From: Armatimonadota bacterium
GTDB lineage: Bacteria > Armatimonadota > UBA5829 > DTLH01
DNA length: 64,000 nucleotides
Assembly: GCA_039679675.1 (NCBI GenBank)
Contig: JBDKUN010000009.1
Span: 1-64,000, forward strand
Direction of reading: 5' to 3'
Part shown: one piece after another, positions 21,406 through 32,039 of the stretch
Layout: each line of letters starts with the position of its first letter
How positions within the stretch are numbered: the first letter of the stretch is position 1
Position numbers and translations under genes: made by a program
Notes under the pieces: model-generated
The model's input: only the letters and a program-made list of their open reading frames with translations
The model's database searches: none
What the model was told of the DNA's origin: nothing

Positions 21406-22218
21406 ATGCCGGATCAGGAACTTAAAGATTTAGCGATGAGTCAGGATATGCGCGGAGTCCGTATCCAGCGCGTCGGGATAAAGGAACTGCATATCCCGCT
21501 TCAGATAAAAAAGAGGGACAACGGGTTTCAGGAAGTCCTTGCCTCTGTTACGCTCAGTGTGGAGCTTCCGCACAACTATCGTGGCACGCACATGAGCAGG
21601 CTGGTCGAGTCCGTCACCCAGTGGAGCAGAAAACCGCTCGGTGGGCACGAAGTAAGGCTCATTCTGGAGCAGGTCATGAAGCGGCTGCATGCCGAGCGCG
21701 CGGATATTTCGGTGAAATTCAAATATTTCATCGAGAAACTTGCGCCTGTATCCAAAAGCCCAAGCATGCTGGACTACGACTGTGAGTTTACGGGCTCGCT
21801 TACGAGCGAAGGGTTCGATTTTATCCTCGGAGTTGCAGCGCCGGTTGCAACGGTCTGCCCGTGCAGCAAGGAAATATCGAAATACGGCGCTCACAACCAG
21901 CGCGGCATCATCCACGCGCGCATCCGCTATGAAAAAGGGATATTTTACTGGATTGAAGACCTTGCCGAACAATTGGAAAGCCTTCCAAGCCACCAGGTCT
22001 ATCCAATGTTGAAGCGCGTTGATGAGAAATATGTCACCGAACGCGGTTACGAGAACCCGAAATTCGTTGAAGATGTGCTCCGCGATGCCGTCGTGATGTT
22101 CCGTGGCAACCCGCACATCAGATGGTTCGAGGTGGAGTGCGAGACTTTCGAGTCGATCCACAACCACAACGTCTATGCCTACCAGGAAGAGCGGCTGAAG
22201 GAGCCTCAACCGAGATGA
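21406..22218 (+). CDS. folE2: GTP cyclohydrolase IB
   Basis: [41 protein letters not shown]. Confidence 0.95.
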   Translation: MPDQELKDLAMSQDMRGVRIQRVGIKELHIPLQIKKRDNGFQEVLASVTLSVELPHNYRGTHMSRLVESVTQWSRKPLGGHEVRLILEQVMKRLHAERADISVKFKYFIEKLAPVSKSPSMLDYDCEFTGSLTSEGFDFILGVAAPVATVCPCSKEISKYGAHNQRGIIHARIRYEKGIFYWIEDLAEQLESLPSHQVYPMLKRVDEKYVTERGYENPKFVEDVLRDAVVMFRGNPHIRWFEVECETFESIHNHNVYAYQEERLKEPQPR

Positions 22219-22895
22219 AAAGAGCAGTAGTCCTTCTTTCGGGCGGGCTGGACAGCTCGACCGCAGCAGCAATAGCAAAAGACAAAGGTTTTGAGCTCTA
22301 TGCGCTTACTTTCGACTACGGCCAGCGCCACAGGCGCGAAATCGAGGCCGCGAAGACCGTAGGCCAGACGCTGGGCGTAAAAGACCACATCATCATATCT
22401 TTCGACCTGCGCAAATGGGGTGGAAGCGCGCTCACAAGCGATATTGAAGTCCCCACCGACAGAGACATAAGCGGCATGGCTGAGGAAATCCCAGTCACTT
22501 ACGTCCCCGCGAGGAATACCATCTTCCTGTCGTTCGCTCTGGGCTATGCCGAGACAATTGGGGCGGATACGATAGTGATCGGGGCCAACCAGGTGGACTA
22601 CAGCGGCTACCCTGACTGCCGCGAGGAGTATCTGAGGGCATTCGAGACGATGGCGAACCTCGCCACGAAGGCCGGAGTCGAGGGAAAGATCAGGTTCAAG
22701 ATCAAAGCGCCGCTCATCAACATGACGAAAGTCGAGATCATCAAGGCTGGAACAGCCCTCGGGCTGGACTACGGACTGACCTGGAGCTGCTACAAGGGCG
22801 GCGACAAGCCGTGCGGCGAGTGCGATTCCTGCAAGCTCCGGCTGGCCGCCTTCGAAGCCGCAGGAATGCGCGACCCGTTATGCAGGCTTAGTTAA
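22215..22895 (+). CDS. queC: 7-cyano-7-deazaguanine synthase
   Basis: SGGLDS, YVPARN, GYPDCR, TWSCY...CGECDSC; ATGA overlap with folE2. Confidence 0.97.
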   Translation: MKRAVVLLSGGLDSSTAAAIAKDKGFELYALTFDYGQRHRREIEAAKTVGQTLGVKDHIIISFDLRKWGGSALTSDIEVPTDRDISGMAEEIPVTYVPARNTIFLSFALGYAETIGADTIVIGANQVDYSGYPDCREEYLRAFETMANLATKAGVEGKIRFKIKAPLINMTKVEIIKAGTALGLDYGLTWSCYKGGDKPCGECDSCKLRLAAFEAAGMRDPLCRLS

Positions 22896-25515
22896 GCTTC
22901 TTGTATTCGATCAGAAGCGAGCCGGGAGCCGCAGCCAGCTCCGCGTTGTACTTCAAGAGCTCGCTTCCCTTCATTACCACTTCAGGCTTCGGGTCATAAG
23001 ACTCGTAGACCGTCACTTTATATTTTGCGTCCGCATCTATCGCCTTCGGATGTATCTGCATGCTCGAATATGGAGATGCCCCACGCCGGAAGACGAATAT
23101 AGCCCCTTCACCCGTATCCGGCAGGTCGTACTGCCACGCGCACCATGCATCAGGGGCAAGGCCGGGACTGAAGAGCGGGTAGAAGTCGCCGAGAATATAT
23201 TTTCTCAGCCGTTTGCACTCCGCGATCCCCTGTTTCAGCTGCTCCTTGGGGAAACCGGGAACACGGCTGTCGTCATTGAACGAAATCCCTCCGTTGAAGG
23301 CGCTCCGAATATAGTAAGGTTCGGCTCCCATCATACCGTTCACCGATAGAGGCACGTAGCGGTTCAGGCTGAGGTTGATGATCTGGCTCAGTATCGCAGT
23401 CAGGTCTTTGCTGCGCTGGTTGATCGTCCACACAGCGCAATCTGTGCGCCAGAACGGGATACTGCGCGAGAGGCTTTCAAGGTCCAGCCTGGTCCCTCCG
23501 CCACAGCAGTTATCAATGATCAAGCCGGGGTTTCTTGCAATCAGGTCTTCGTAGAATTTATAGAGTCCCTCGATGCAGCGGATCTCACTTATGCCCAGCC
23601 GGTTTGGGCCTGTGTCCACTGACTGCACCGCCTGCAGGTTCATACCTGAATCGACCCTGAAGATACTCAGCCCAAGCTCCTTTATGACCGAATCAAAGAA
23701 ATTCGTTGCATATTCCCTCGCTTCAGGGTTTCCGAAATTGAACGAATAGCAGTATCCGTCATCCGCGCTTGGATTATGAACGACGTTTTTGTCCTTAAGA
23801 CACCACTCTGGGTGTTCTTTCAGCATTGTCGTGCCGGACATCACCGCTTCTGGCGCAAACCACATCAGGAATTCAGGTATTCCCAGGGAATGGGCATACT
23901 CTGCGACTGCTTTAGGGCCGTTTGGAAAGCGAGTCTCGTCCCACATGTTGTTTATGGGGAACGTCCAGTTGCCCATTCCCTTTGGGAATCCGCGTTTCAT
24001 ATACCATGCGTCCAGCCAGTAATACTCGAACCCTAACCCCTTGGCGGAGTCGAGCCAGCCTTTTTCTATCTCCTCGTTCGTGCCGTTGCATTCGAACTCG
24101 GATGAAGTCATATGCGCTATAGGCGGCATGCAGGCTTTCCTTTGATACCTCGGAATTACATGGTTTGTCATCGCCCTGCGGAAGTAGTTGTAGCCACGGC
24201 TTATGTCGTCACCGCTCCAGAGCACCTGCATAATCCGTGGGCTTCTTATCTCCTCACCCGGAAGGAGGATTGTATGTAGATCAGTCATCCCTGCGGTCAA
24301 TCGCACACTGCCGTCTTCCAGCGTGTCGGCTGCGGCGTCCCATTTGCCGGTCCAGCCGATGCCGTAGACCGCACCTCCGCCGTTCCAGGCAACATCGAAG
24401 AACGGACTGACCTCAAATGACGAATTGAGCCCGGTCTGTCCAAACTTGATGCTATTTCCCGGCTTAAGTCTATCGTTGACCGGCTGGAAATCGTCCCAGG
24501 TGAAGTTGATGCACCCCTTGCTGCCATGCATCCTGTGAAGTTCGGGGAGAAACATGTCGTCCGGGTTCACTGGGCCGCTGTCTGTAAACATTGCGCCAGT
24601 GAGGTCTTGCTCGGATTTCATCTTTCTATTTGCAGGCTTGAGTGTGACATCCAGCGCCCGCACATTTTCGATGACCGGCGTCTCTTCCATGCCGGTATTC
24701 TTGAAATACAACGTCCATGCGACTGCATGACACTCAGAGTAAAGCTGCCCGACGAGCTTAACCTGAAGGCCCGTGGCTGGATCGGTGAACTTGCGGGTGT
24801 ACTGGGTTACATTTCCCGGCAGAGATTCCTTTTCTGTCTCGCTTTTCCAGCTGGAAAGAAATTCACGCGAGCTTTTTCCTCCGTAAACAAAGGAAAATGG
24901 CATTTCCGTGCTGACTTTCGCCACTCCGGCGATTTCATCGAGCCACAAGGAGCTGCCGTCGGTAAATGTTATCTTTGCATCGCACCAGTCGGCTTGGTCG
25001 CAGTTCACGGTGTCGCCGCCGTCATCCACTTCCAGGGTAAACTCGGTTGCGCCAGCCAAATCGGCTTTGAATGGGTATGATTTGCCGTCAGCCTTTATCA
25101 CATCAGTTGAAAAGAGGGTCTTGCCGGCCGTCCTTACGTAAAATCTGACGGAACCGTCCGTGTTATCTGCGTTGCGGTCCACGCCTATGACTGCGGTGAA
25201 GCTCGAAATGGGTTTCGTCATCTTTATCCTTAGCACAGACGGTGAATTGACCCCGATTCCGTGTTCGAATATCTTATCTCCCAGGCGAAGTTCCCTTCCG
25301 ACTGCCGAAAGACCGGCTTTGGTGATTCCGGGGCTGTATTCTTTCTCGACGGTAAAGCTATCAGTCTGCACTACCGTATGTCCTTCCCAAACTGCATCCG
25401 CCCAGTTCTGTGCGGGCTGCTTTTCCGGGCCGCCGGAGACTGTAATGTACCCGGACGCACATGTTGCGCAAGCGGTAGTGGCCAGAATAAGTATCGACAA
25501 CAGCACTGTTTCCAT
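22888..25515 (-). CDS. Secreted alpha-galactosidase-like (GH36/clan D) with NPCBM domain
   Basis: NPCBM (HGIGV...DQADWCDA), [29 protein letters not shown]. Confidence 0.85.
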   Translation of the reverse strand: METVLLSILILATTACATCASGYITVSGGPEKQPAQNWADAVWEGHTVVQTDSFTVEKEYSPGITKAGLSAVGRELRLGDKIFEHGIGVNSPSVLRIKMTKPISSFTAVIGVDRNADNTDGSVRFYVRTAGKTLFSTDVIKADGKSYPFKADLAGATEFTLEVDDGGDTVNCDQADWCDAKITFTDGSSLWLDEIAGVAKVSTEMPFSFVYGGKSSREFLSSWKSETEKESLPGNVTQYTRKFTDPATGLQVKLVGQLYSECHAVAWTLYFKNTGMEETPVIENVRALDVTLKPANRKMKSEQDLTGAMFTDSGPVNPDDMFLPELHRMHGSKGCINFTWDDFQPVNDRLKPGNSIKFGQTGLNSSFEVSPFFDVAWNGGGAVYGIGWTGKWDAAADTLEDGSVRLTAGMTDLHTILLPGEEIRSPRIMQVLWSGDDISRGYNYFRRAMTNHVIPRYQRKACMPPIAHMTSSEFECNGTNEEIEKGWLDSAKGLGFEYYWLDAWYMKRGFPKGMGNWTFPINNMWDETRFPNGPKAVAEYAHSLGIPEFLMWFAPEAVMSGTTMLKEHPEWCLKDKNVVHNPSADDGYCYSFNFGNPEAREYATNFFDSVIKELGLSIFRVDSGMNLQAVQSVDTGPNRLGISEIRCIEGLYKFYEDLIARNPGLIIDNCCGGGTRLDLESLSRSIPFWRTDCAVWTINQRSKDLTAILSQIINLSLNRYVPLSVNGMMGAEPYYIRSAFNGGISFNDDSRVPGFPKEQLKQGIAECKRLRKYILGDFYPLFSPGLAPDAWCAWQYDLPDTGEGAIFVFRRGASPYSSMQIHPKAIDADAKYKVTVYESYDPKPEVVMKGSELLKYNAELAAAPGSLLIEYKKLN

Positions 25516-25659
25516 CTCTATTCCCCTCAATTAATACTATTTGCATAATAACCCCGCAGTACCAGCCGGACAATGGAGATAATCATTGAGAATATGTCGT
25601 ATATCATTGCCAATTACGGCTGATAGCTATATAATCGTCTCGTTATACTGGAGATAGTT

Positions 25660-26505
25660 ATGTCGGATATCACCTCTGGCATGCTCGACCTCATTGTCGA
25701 GTCGCTCACTTTTACCATACACGACTGCGGAGTTGTTGAAGTCGGACAGGGCCACGATACCGGCTGGCGCACGCTGCCCTGCCTGCTCACTGCCTCTACA
25801 TCTTATGCCGGAACGATTCTGCTTTCCGGCAACCGGGCCATAGAGTACCAGCCGGATGAAGGAGTATGCATGCCAGCAGGGGTTTTTCACAGGCTTTTTC
25901 CGACGGGCGGAATGCGGGGTGTCAGCCGCTGGTCGCACATAGAGTACCGGATGCTTGGCGGGCTGGATGTCTTTTCTCTTTTCTCTCCGCCGTGTAGATT
26001 GGACCGCCATACATCCGAATGCATCGGGGCAATAAACGCGCAGTTGGTTGCTCTGAATACTGATAACCTCTCCGTACACAATCACATTAAGAAGGCTTCA
26101 CTTGTTTTCGATCTCCTGGCGCTTGTAGCGAATATCTCGGAAGAACGCTCCGATTATCAGGACATAATATCGGGGGTAAAGCGCCTGTACCCAGCACTGA
26201 ATTTCATCAACAAAAATTTCCTGGACTGTGTAGACATAAGTGATCTAGCCGCGATGTGCAACCTGTCCCGGTCCCGGTTCGATTTTATATTTACAAAGAC
26301 GGTCGGGACCGCACCCGGCAGATATATTCAGAACCTGAAGCTCAGACGGTCGCAGGTACTCTTGGCCACATCCGATCTTGCGATTTATGAAGTCGCAAAG
26401 CAGTCCGGTTTTCAGGATGTCTTTCACTTCAGCCGGTTGTTCAAGGCACATACGAGCCTGAGCCCCAGTGCGTATCGGAATCAGATAAGAAACATGATTA
26501 TGTAG
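25660..26505 (+). CDS. AraC-family transcriptional regulator
   Basis: C-terminal double HTH (LAAMCNLS...GFQDVFHFSRLFK...SPSAYR); divergent from GH gene. Confidence 0.93.
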   Translation: MSDITSGMLDLIVESLTFTIHDCGVVEVGQGHDTGWRTLPCLLTASTSYAGTILLSGNRAIEYQPDEGVCMPAGVFHRLFPTGGMRGVSRWSHIEYRMLGGLDVFSLFSPPCRLDRHTSECIGAINAQLVALNTDNLSVHNHIKKASLVFDLLALVANISEERSDYQDIISGVKRLYPALNFINKNFLDCVDISDLAAMCNLSRSRFDFIFTKTVGTAPGRYIQNLKLRRSQVLLATSDLAIYEVAKQSGFQDVFHFSRLFKAHTSLSPSAYRNQIRNMIM

Positions 26506-26599
26506 GCCTCCCAAAATATTTTGAAGGTTTACGACAGCAGCAGGGTCTAAAATAACAGGCATAAACCTCGTCGTATTAGTGTGAAACGGAGGCTTGATA

Positions 26600-27373
26600 A
26601 TGAAAGTAGCTCCAGTCAAGAAATATATTGATCCAAAATATCCCACCAGCCGAATTTTGGAGGAACATCCTGAACTGCTGAAGCTCGTTCCGAAAAGATG
26701 GCAGGGAAATGCAGTGGTGCTCACCGCGCTTGCCAGTGCCTGCATCCTGTCCGCATGCCTGCAAAAGGGATCTGCTGCAAAACAAGTTTCTAGAACAGAC
26801 CTGGAGTTCCGACATAGTGAAAAACGGGCAGTATTCCTAGGAGGCAGGGTTATGACCCCACCCGTTTTTCTCTCAGAGGATGAAGCCAGGGCGGTCATTG
26901 TGGACGAAGCAAAACGTGCGAGTATTACATTCAAAGCTGATGGGCAGAAGCTCAGCAAGTCCAGTGTTCCAGAGTTGAAGCCTTTCCTGCCACTCGTGTT
27001 CGACGGATATGATAAGAAACACAAAATATCCTATGAGGTCGTCTCTATGTCGGATTTTAAAAACTGGAACAAAAAGATCCAGCCCGCTATACAGTCGTCC
27101 TACGGCACAAAAGAAATGGCTAAGCGGCTTAAAGGCGCACTTGTTAAGGTCAAATCAGGGGGCTACTACGCAGTCTTCTATAGCCCCGGCGAATCTCGTG
27201 AAGCTGCAAAGAAGCACTATGGTTACAAGCAACCGGCCTATGACGCAAAGGATGTGGACTGGCAAGCGGAGAACGCCAAAATTTTGGAAATGACAAAGGA
27301 CCTGGCAAGAAAAGACCTGCGTAAACAGGTCAAAGACTTCATAAGCTGGCTGAAGGCTGAGGGAGTTATCTGA
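26600..27373 (+). CDS. Exported/lipoprotein paralog 1 associated with radical SAM enzyme
   Basis: Conserved N-terminus MKVAPVKKYIDPKYPT...PKRWQ, hydrophobic helix ending ILSAC, C-terminal QVKDFISWLKAEGVI. Confidence 0.8.
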   Translation: MKVAPVKKYIDPKYPTSRILEEHPELLKLVPKRWQGNAVVLTALASACILSACLQKGSAAKQVSRTDLEFRHSEKRAVFLGGRVMTPPVFLSEDEARAVIVDEAKRASITFKADGQKLSKSSVPELKPFLPLVFDGYDKKHKISYEVVSMSDFKNWNKKIQPAIQSSYGTKEMAKRLKGALVKVKSGGYYAVFYSPGESREAAKKHYGYKQPAYDAKDVDWQAENAKILEMTKDLARKDLRKQVKDFISWLKAEGVI

Positions 27374-27438
27374 TACGAACATTTCTGTCAACAGATGCGT
27401 CATAAATCTATGGCATGTTTCGTGATGGAGGCATATTT

Positions 27439-28299
27439 ATGAGAGTTTCTCCTGTCAAAAGCTATATCGAACCCAAATACCCCACCAGCCGGATTTTGGA
27501 AGAACATCCTGAACTGCTGAAGCTGGTTCCGAAGAGGTGGCAGAGGAACGCTGTAGTGCTGACAGCTCTTGCGGGTGTCTGCTTTCTTTCGACCGGCTTG
27601 AAGGCTCAAACGGATGCGAAATCCTCAAAACAGGCAGTACCAGATAAAAAGCCTGCGGCATCGAAAGCTATGATAGCTCCCATATTCAAGCATGGCGACG
27701 GATTCGGAGCGTTTGGATGTATAGCGGTGAACCCGCCGGTATTTCTTTCGGAAGAGGAAGCCCGCCAGGTCATTGTTGAAGAAGCCAAGCGTGCAGGGAT
27801 TATATTCAAAGCCGATGGGCGCGAAGTACGTAACATAAAAATGGAAGTTGTGGACACTGAAACCCTTGATGACAGTTACCGCCCAAAGCCAAAGCCCAAG
27901 AATCTGAATCTTGTGCTCGATGGTTATGATCAAAAGCACAACATTTCCTATGAATACCTCTCTGAATCGGATCATAAAGCCTGGAACCTCGATACATCGT
28001 GTGGAACCGTGATCGACTACGATATGAAGGGAAATGCGGTAAATCTTGTATCCGCATTAGCAGCAGCGAAACCCGCTGGGACATTTGCTGTTTTCTACGA
28101 TCCTTGCATGGGCCGTGTCGAAGTCAAACAGCAACTTAATGGGAAGAGCGATAAGGAAATTGACCCCTGGGATTTCAGTAATGAAGGTCCCGAATTTTGG
28201 AAAACTGTTGATGTTAAGGCCAAAGATCTTGCACGTGAAGCACTTCGCAATCAGGTCAAAGACTTCATAAGCTGGCTAAAGGCTGAGGGAGTTATTTAG
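27439..28299 (+). CDS. Exported protein paralog 2 associated with radical SAM enzyme
   Basis: Same N-terminal leader, PPVFLSEEEAR and C-terminus; GGAGG RBS. Confidence 0.8.
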   Translation: MRVSPVKSYIEPKYPTSRILEEHPELLKLVPKRWQRNAVVLTALAGVCFLSTGLKAQTDAKSSKQAVPDKKPAASKAMIAPIFKHGDGFGAFGCIAVNPPVFLSEEEARQVIVEEAKRAGIIFKADGREVRNIKMEVVDTETLDDSYRPKPKPKNLNLVLDGYDQKHNISYEYLSESDHKAWNLDTSCGTVIDYDMKGNAVNLVSALAAAKPAGTFAVFYDPCMGRVEVKQQLNGKSDKEIDPWDFSNEGPEFWKTVDVKAKDLAREALRNQVKDFISWLKAEGVI

Positions 28300-28319
28300 A
28301 CATCAAGGGAGGCATACCA

Positions 28320-29093
28320 ATGAAAGTAGCTCCAGTCAAGAAATATATCGAACCGAGATATCCTACCAGTCAGATATTAGAGGAGCATCCTGAATTACTG
28401 AAGATTATCCCGAAGAGGTGGCAGGGAAATACAATGGTCTTAACTACCCTTGCGGGGCTCTGCATCCTGTCCTCATGCCTGCAAAAGGAGTCTGCTGCAA
28501 AACAGGCTCCCGGGACAACTCCAGCGTCTCAGCAAGGTAAGAAACGTGCAAGGCTCATGGGCTTGCCTGCGATACCACCCGTCTTTCTTTCAGAAGATGA
28601 AGCCAGAGAGGTCATTGTGGACGAAGCAAAACGCGCAGGAATTACGTTCAAAGCCGATGGACACGAGTTCATCGAGTCCAATACCCCGGAACTAAAACCT
28701 TACCTGCCTCTCGTATTCGACGGATATGATGAGAAATACAAAATATCCTATGAGGTCGTCTCTATGTCGGACTTCAAAAACTGGAATACCATAAAGATCC
28801 AACCTGCTATACAGTCGTCCTACGATACGAAAGAAATGGCTAAGCGGCTTAAGGACGCACTTGTTAAAGCTAAATCGGGAGGCTACTATGTAGTTTTCTA
28901 TAGTCCCGGCGAATACCGTGAAGCTGCAAAGAAGCACTACGGTTACAAGCAACCGGCCTATGACGCAAAGGATGTGGACTGGCAAGCGGAGAACGCCAAA
29001 ATCTTGGAAATGACAAAGGACCTGGCAAGAGAAGACCTTCGCAATCAGGTCAAAGACTTCATAAGCTGGCTTAAGGCTGAGGGAGTTATCTGA
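28320..29093 (+). CDS. Exported/lipoprotein paralog 3 associated with radical SAM enzyme
   Basis: Same leader, ILSSC lipobox-like motif; stop 1 nt before the rSAM start. Confidence 0.8.
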   Translation: MKVAPVKKYIEPRYPTSQILEEHPELLKIIPKRWQGNTMVLTTLAGLCILSSCLQKESAAKQAPGTTPASQQGKKRARLMGLPAIPPVFLSEDEAREVIVDEAKRAGITFKADGHEFIESNTPELKPYLPLVFDGYDEKYKISYEVVSMSDFKNWNTIKIQPAIQSSYDTKEMAKRLKDALVKAKSGGYYVVFYSPGEYREAAKKHYGYKQPAYDAKDVDWQAENAKILEMTKDLAREDLRNQVKDFISWLKAEGVI

Positions 29094-29094
29094 C

Positions 29095-30231
29095 ATGCAT
29101 CTGACACTGCACTTAACGGCGCGATGTAACCTCCGTTGCCGCTACTGCTACGCCGAGCCTCATAGCGGCGGCGACATGACGCTCGATACCATAAAATCGG
29201 CCATTTCGATGGCCATGAACGATAAAAAGACGCCTGATGAGAGCCTGGGAGTCATATTCTTCGGCGGTGAGCCGCTCTTGAAGCGCGACCTCATAGCCGA
29301 GACCGTCCGGCACTGCCGCCGGATTGAAGCCGAAACAGGCCAGATGTTCCATTTCAAGATGACGACGAACGGAACGCTGCTCGATGAGGAGTTTTTGACC
29401 AATCCTGACACTTCCGGCATATTCGTCGCCTTGAGCCATGACGGAATACGTTCAGCTCACGATATGAACAGGCTGGATGCCGAAGGAAAAGGCTCTTTCG
29501 ACGCGCTGGAGCCGAAGATCAACCTGCTGCTCTCCCGCAGGCCTTACGCGCCGGTCATGATGGTCATCACCCCGGATACTGTGCGCTGGTATGCCGATTC
29601 GGTGAAGTATCTTTACGGGCGGGGGTTCAAGTATCTCATTTGCTCGCTCAATTATGGCGCGGAGTGGACCGAGAGACATGTTGCGGAGCTTGGCAGGCAG
29701 TATAACAAGCTCGCTGGCTGGTACTATGAGGAGATACTGAAAGAAGAAAAGTTCTATTTCAGCCCGTTCGAAGTGAAAATAGCCTCGCATGTCTATCCCG
29801 GAAGCTGCAAAGCGGAGCGCTGCGAACTCGGAAAGACCCAGATTTCGGTCGCACCGAACGGCAGGCTGTATCCATGCGTGCAGTTTGTCGGAGATGGCTC
29901 TGACGAAAAGTATGCCATCGGCCATGTGAAGCTGGGAGTTGACGAAGAAGCCCGCGCGAGACTTTATGCGTGGAACGGGGAGGAAAAATCGACCTGCGCC
30001 GAGTGCGCCATACGTGAGAGGTGCAACCACTACTGCGGATGTCTGAACAAGCAGGCCACAGGGAGTATCGACCAGGTCTCCCCGATGCTCTGCGTCCACG
30101 AAAGGACTATTCTCCCGATAGCGGACCGCCTGGCAGAACGGCTGTTCAAGCGGCGAGACCCTCTCTTCATCCAGAAGCACTACAACGACATGTTCCCGCT
30201 GATCTCGCTGGTCGAGGACAGGACGGGGTAA
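29095..30231 (+). CDS. Radical SAM/SPASM-domain protein (maturase-like)
   Basis: CNLRCRYC, FFGGEPLL, TTNGT; SPASM C...GRLYPC...CAEC.....CNHYCGC...C. Confidence 0.93.
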   Translation: MHLTLHLTARCNLRCRYCYAEPHSGGDMTLDTIKSAISMAMNDKKTPDESLGVIFFGGEPLLKRDLIAETVRHCRRIEAETGQMFHFKMTTNGTLLDEEFLTNPDTSGIFVALSHDGIRSAHDMNRLDAEGKGSFDALEPKINLLLSRRPYAPVMMVITPDTVRWYADSVKYLYGRGFKYLICSLNYGAEWTERHVAELGRQYNKLAGWYYEEILKEEKFYFSPFEVKIASHVYPGSCKAERCELGKTQISVAPNGRLYPCVQFVGDGSDEKYAIGHVKLGVDEEARARLYAWNGEEKSTCAECAIRERCNHYCGCLNKQATGSIDQVSPMLCVHERTILPIADRLAERLFKRRDPLFIQKHYNDMFPLISLVEDRTG

Positions 30232-30275
30232 GAGTTCGGAGTTGATGAGTATAACATCATGTTGAACTACCACAA

Positions 30276-30339
30276 CGTCATTCCGAGCTTGACTCGGAAT
30301 CCAGGAAAAACTGGACCCTGAATCAAGTTCAGGGTGACG
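30276..30339. repeat. Double-hairpin palindromic element (RPE/REP-like)
   Basis: CGTCA-TTCCGAGCTTGACTCGGAA-TCCAG...CTGGA-CCCTGAATCAAGTTCAGGG-TGACG. Confidence 0.75.
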
Positions 30340-30458
30340 TGCTGGTTGTTCAGGGTGATGTCTTTCCATGATGACAGCTTGATGTACAATCTCTCATTAA
30401 GAGTGAACTCCTTACGGTACAAGTTGAACAATGCTCCTGACTTGGGTAAACTGTAGCT

Positions 30459-31544
30459 ATGAAGCACATCGAACACCGAGATTTTATCCCTAGGCTTGTC
30501 TTCTGGGAGACCACTGCTGCATGTAACCTGAAATGTATCCACTGCCGGGCATCGGCTGTCGGTTCCCGTCCCCCAGGCGAGCTCACGGCTGGGGAATCAT
30601 TCGCGCTGCTGGACTCCATAGCATCGTTTGCCAGACCTGTCGTAGTCCTTTCGGGCGGAGAGCCGCTTGTGCGGGAAGACATCTTCGAGATCGCCAATTA
30701 CGGCGCGTCACTTGGGCTAAGGATGGTGCTCGCGACGAATGGGACGCTCGTGACCCGCGAGACCGCGCACCGGATGAAAGAGTCGGGAGTCCAGCGGATA
30801 AGCGTGAGCATAGACGGCGCATCGGCTGCAAGTCATGACAGGTTCCGCCGCCAGAGCGGGGCGTTCGATGCAGCACTGAGAGGTATCGGGCACATCAAGG
30901 CCGAAGGCATCCAGTTTCAGATAAACACATCGGTCACAAGGCAGAACCTTGCCGAACTGCCGGATGTTCTGGACCTGGCGGTAGGTCTGGGCGCGGTCGC
31001 ACTCCATATATTTCTCCTCGTCCCGACCGGGTGCGGCAAGGAGATAGCAAATGAAGAGATGATAACTCCCGGCCAGTATGAAGAGACGCTTAACTGGTTT
31101 TATGACAGGTCCAAGGACTCGCCGGTCAAGCTCAAAGCGACCTGCGCCCCTCATTACTTCCGTATTATGCGCCAGCGCGCGGCGGAAGAAGGGATTAAAA
31201 TCACTCCTGAGACTCATGGGTTCGAAGCGATGACCAAAGGCTGCCTTGCTGGCACGGCTGTCTGCTTTGTCTCGCATAGAGGGGATGTATACCCATGCGG
31301 CTACCTCCCCGCACTTGCCGGAAATATTCGCGAGACTCCTTTCCCGGAAATCTGGAAGGATTCGGAGCTGTTCCAGGAGCTGAGGGATGAATCGCTGCTT
31401 GAAGGGAAGTGCGGGCTGTGCGAGTTCAAACCAGTCTGCGGCGGATGCAGGGCGCGCGCTTACGCTGAGGCAGGCAATTACCGCGCAGAGGAACCTTACT
31501 GCCAATATATTCCTTACCAGACCAAAAATGGAGCCGAAAACTGA
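30459..31544 (+). CDS. Radical SAM/SPASM protein, AhbD/NirJ heme-biosynthesis type
   Basis: PRLVFWETTAACNLKCIHCRA, KATCAPHY, KGCLAG, GKCGLCEF..VCGGCRARAY. Confidence 0.85.
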   Translation: MKHIEHRDFIPRLVFWETTAACNLKCIHCRASAVGSRPPGELTAGESFALLDSIASFARPVVVLSGGEPLVREDIFEIANYGASLGLRMVLATNGTLVTRETAHRMKESGVQRISVSIDGASAASHDRFRRQSGAFDAALRGIGHIKAEGIQFQINTSVTRQNLAELPDVLDLAVGLGAVALHIFLLVPTGCGKEIANEEMITPGQYEETLNWFYDRSKDSPVKLKATCAPHYFRIMRQRAAEEGIKITPETHGFEAMTKGCLAGTAVCFVSHRGDVYPCGYLPALAGNIRETPFPEIWKDSELFQELRDESLLEGKCGLCEFKPVCGGCRARAYAEAGNYRAEEPYCQYIPYQTKNGAEN

Positions 31545-31631
31545 GCTGCAATACGTGAAAAAGGCTCTATTTTTATAAAATTTGAAGTTTTTTCTTTTGA
31601 AACTCGGTTTCATGCGGTATAATACACCTGA

Positions 31632-31754
31632 CTGCTGGATGTCCTGGAAGGTACGGTCGATTGGCCCCAGGCTCAGACACAAGAATTGGAAGGTAAAGAC
31701 GTCCCTGAGGGTACACTAACCATCCCCCATTCTGAACCAGTCTGAGATCCACAG
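31632..31754 (+). ncRNA. Candidate structured 5' leader RNA
   Basis: Nested complementary stems directly after TATAAT (31618-31623) and before the zinc-ribbon gene. Confidence 0.5.
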
Positions 31755-31786
31755 TTATTTATTAAAACGTATTGGGGGGTAAGCAA

Positions 31787-31981
31787 GTGGCCCAGGACAA
31801 GACACTGGTTTGTCGCGACTGTGGTGGTGAATTCGTATTTACTGCCGGTGAGCAGGAATTCTTCACAGAGCGCGGTTTCAGTGAGCCGATCCGATGTAAG
31901 TCGTGCCGCGATGTTCGCAAAGCGCAGAAGAATGAGCGCGGTGGTGGATTCGGCGGTGGCGACCGACGAGATCGCTGGTAA
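31787..31981 (+). CDS. CxxC-x17-CxxC-type zinc-ribbon protein
   Basis: DKTLVCRDCGGEFVFTAGEQEFF...PIRCKSCR with Gly/Arg tail. Confidence 0.9.
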   Translation: MAQDKTLVCRDCGGEFVFTAGEQEFFTERGFSEPIRCKSCRDVRKAQKNERGGGFGGGDRRDRW

Positions 31982-31994
31982 GCTTATGAAACCA

Positions 31995-32027
31995 AAGGGC
32001 GGGGAGATTTCTCCCTGCCCTTAATTT
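31995..32027. terminator. Terminator hairpin between convergent genes
   Basis: AAGGGCGGGGAG-ATTT-CTCCCTGCCCTT then AATTT. Confidence 0.75.
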
Positions 32028-32039
32028 ATGTACGGATGT

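Noticed and set aside
21406..22895. folE2-queC as a Dpd/7-deazaguanine DNA-modification or QatABCD defence locus
   Set aside because: Canonical-length QueC with no dpdA, TatD or ATPase neighbours; consistent with ordinary queuosine/folate metabolism.
30459..31544. Second radical SAM as part of the paralog-modifying system
   Set aside because: Separated by about 230 bp including a repeat element, and it carries AhbD/NirJ-specific motifs.
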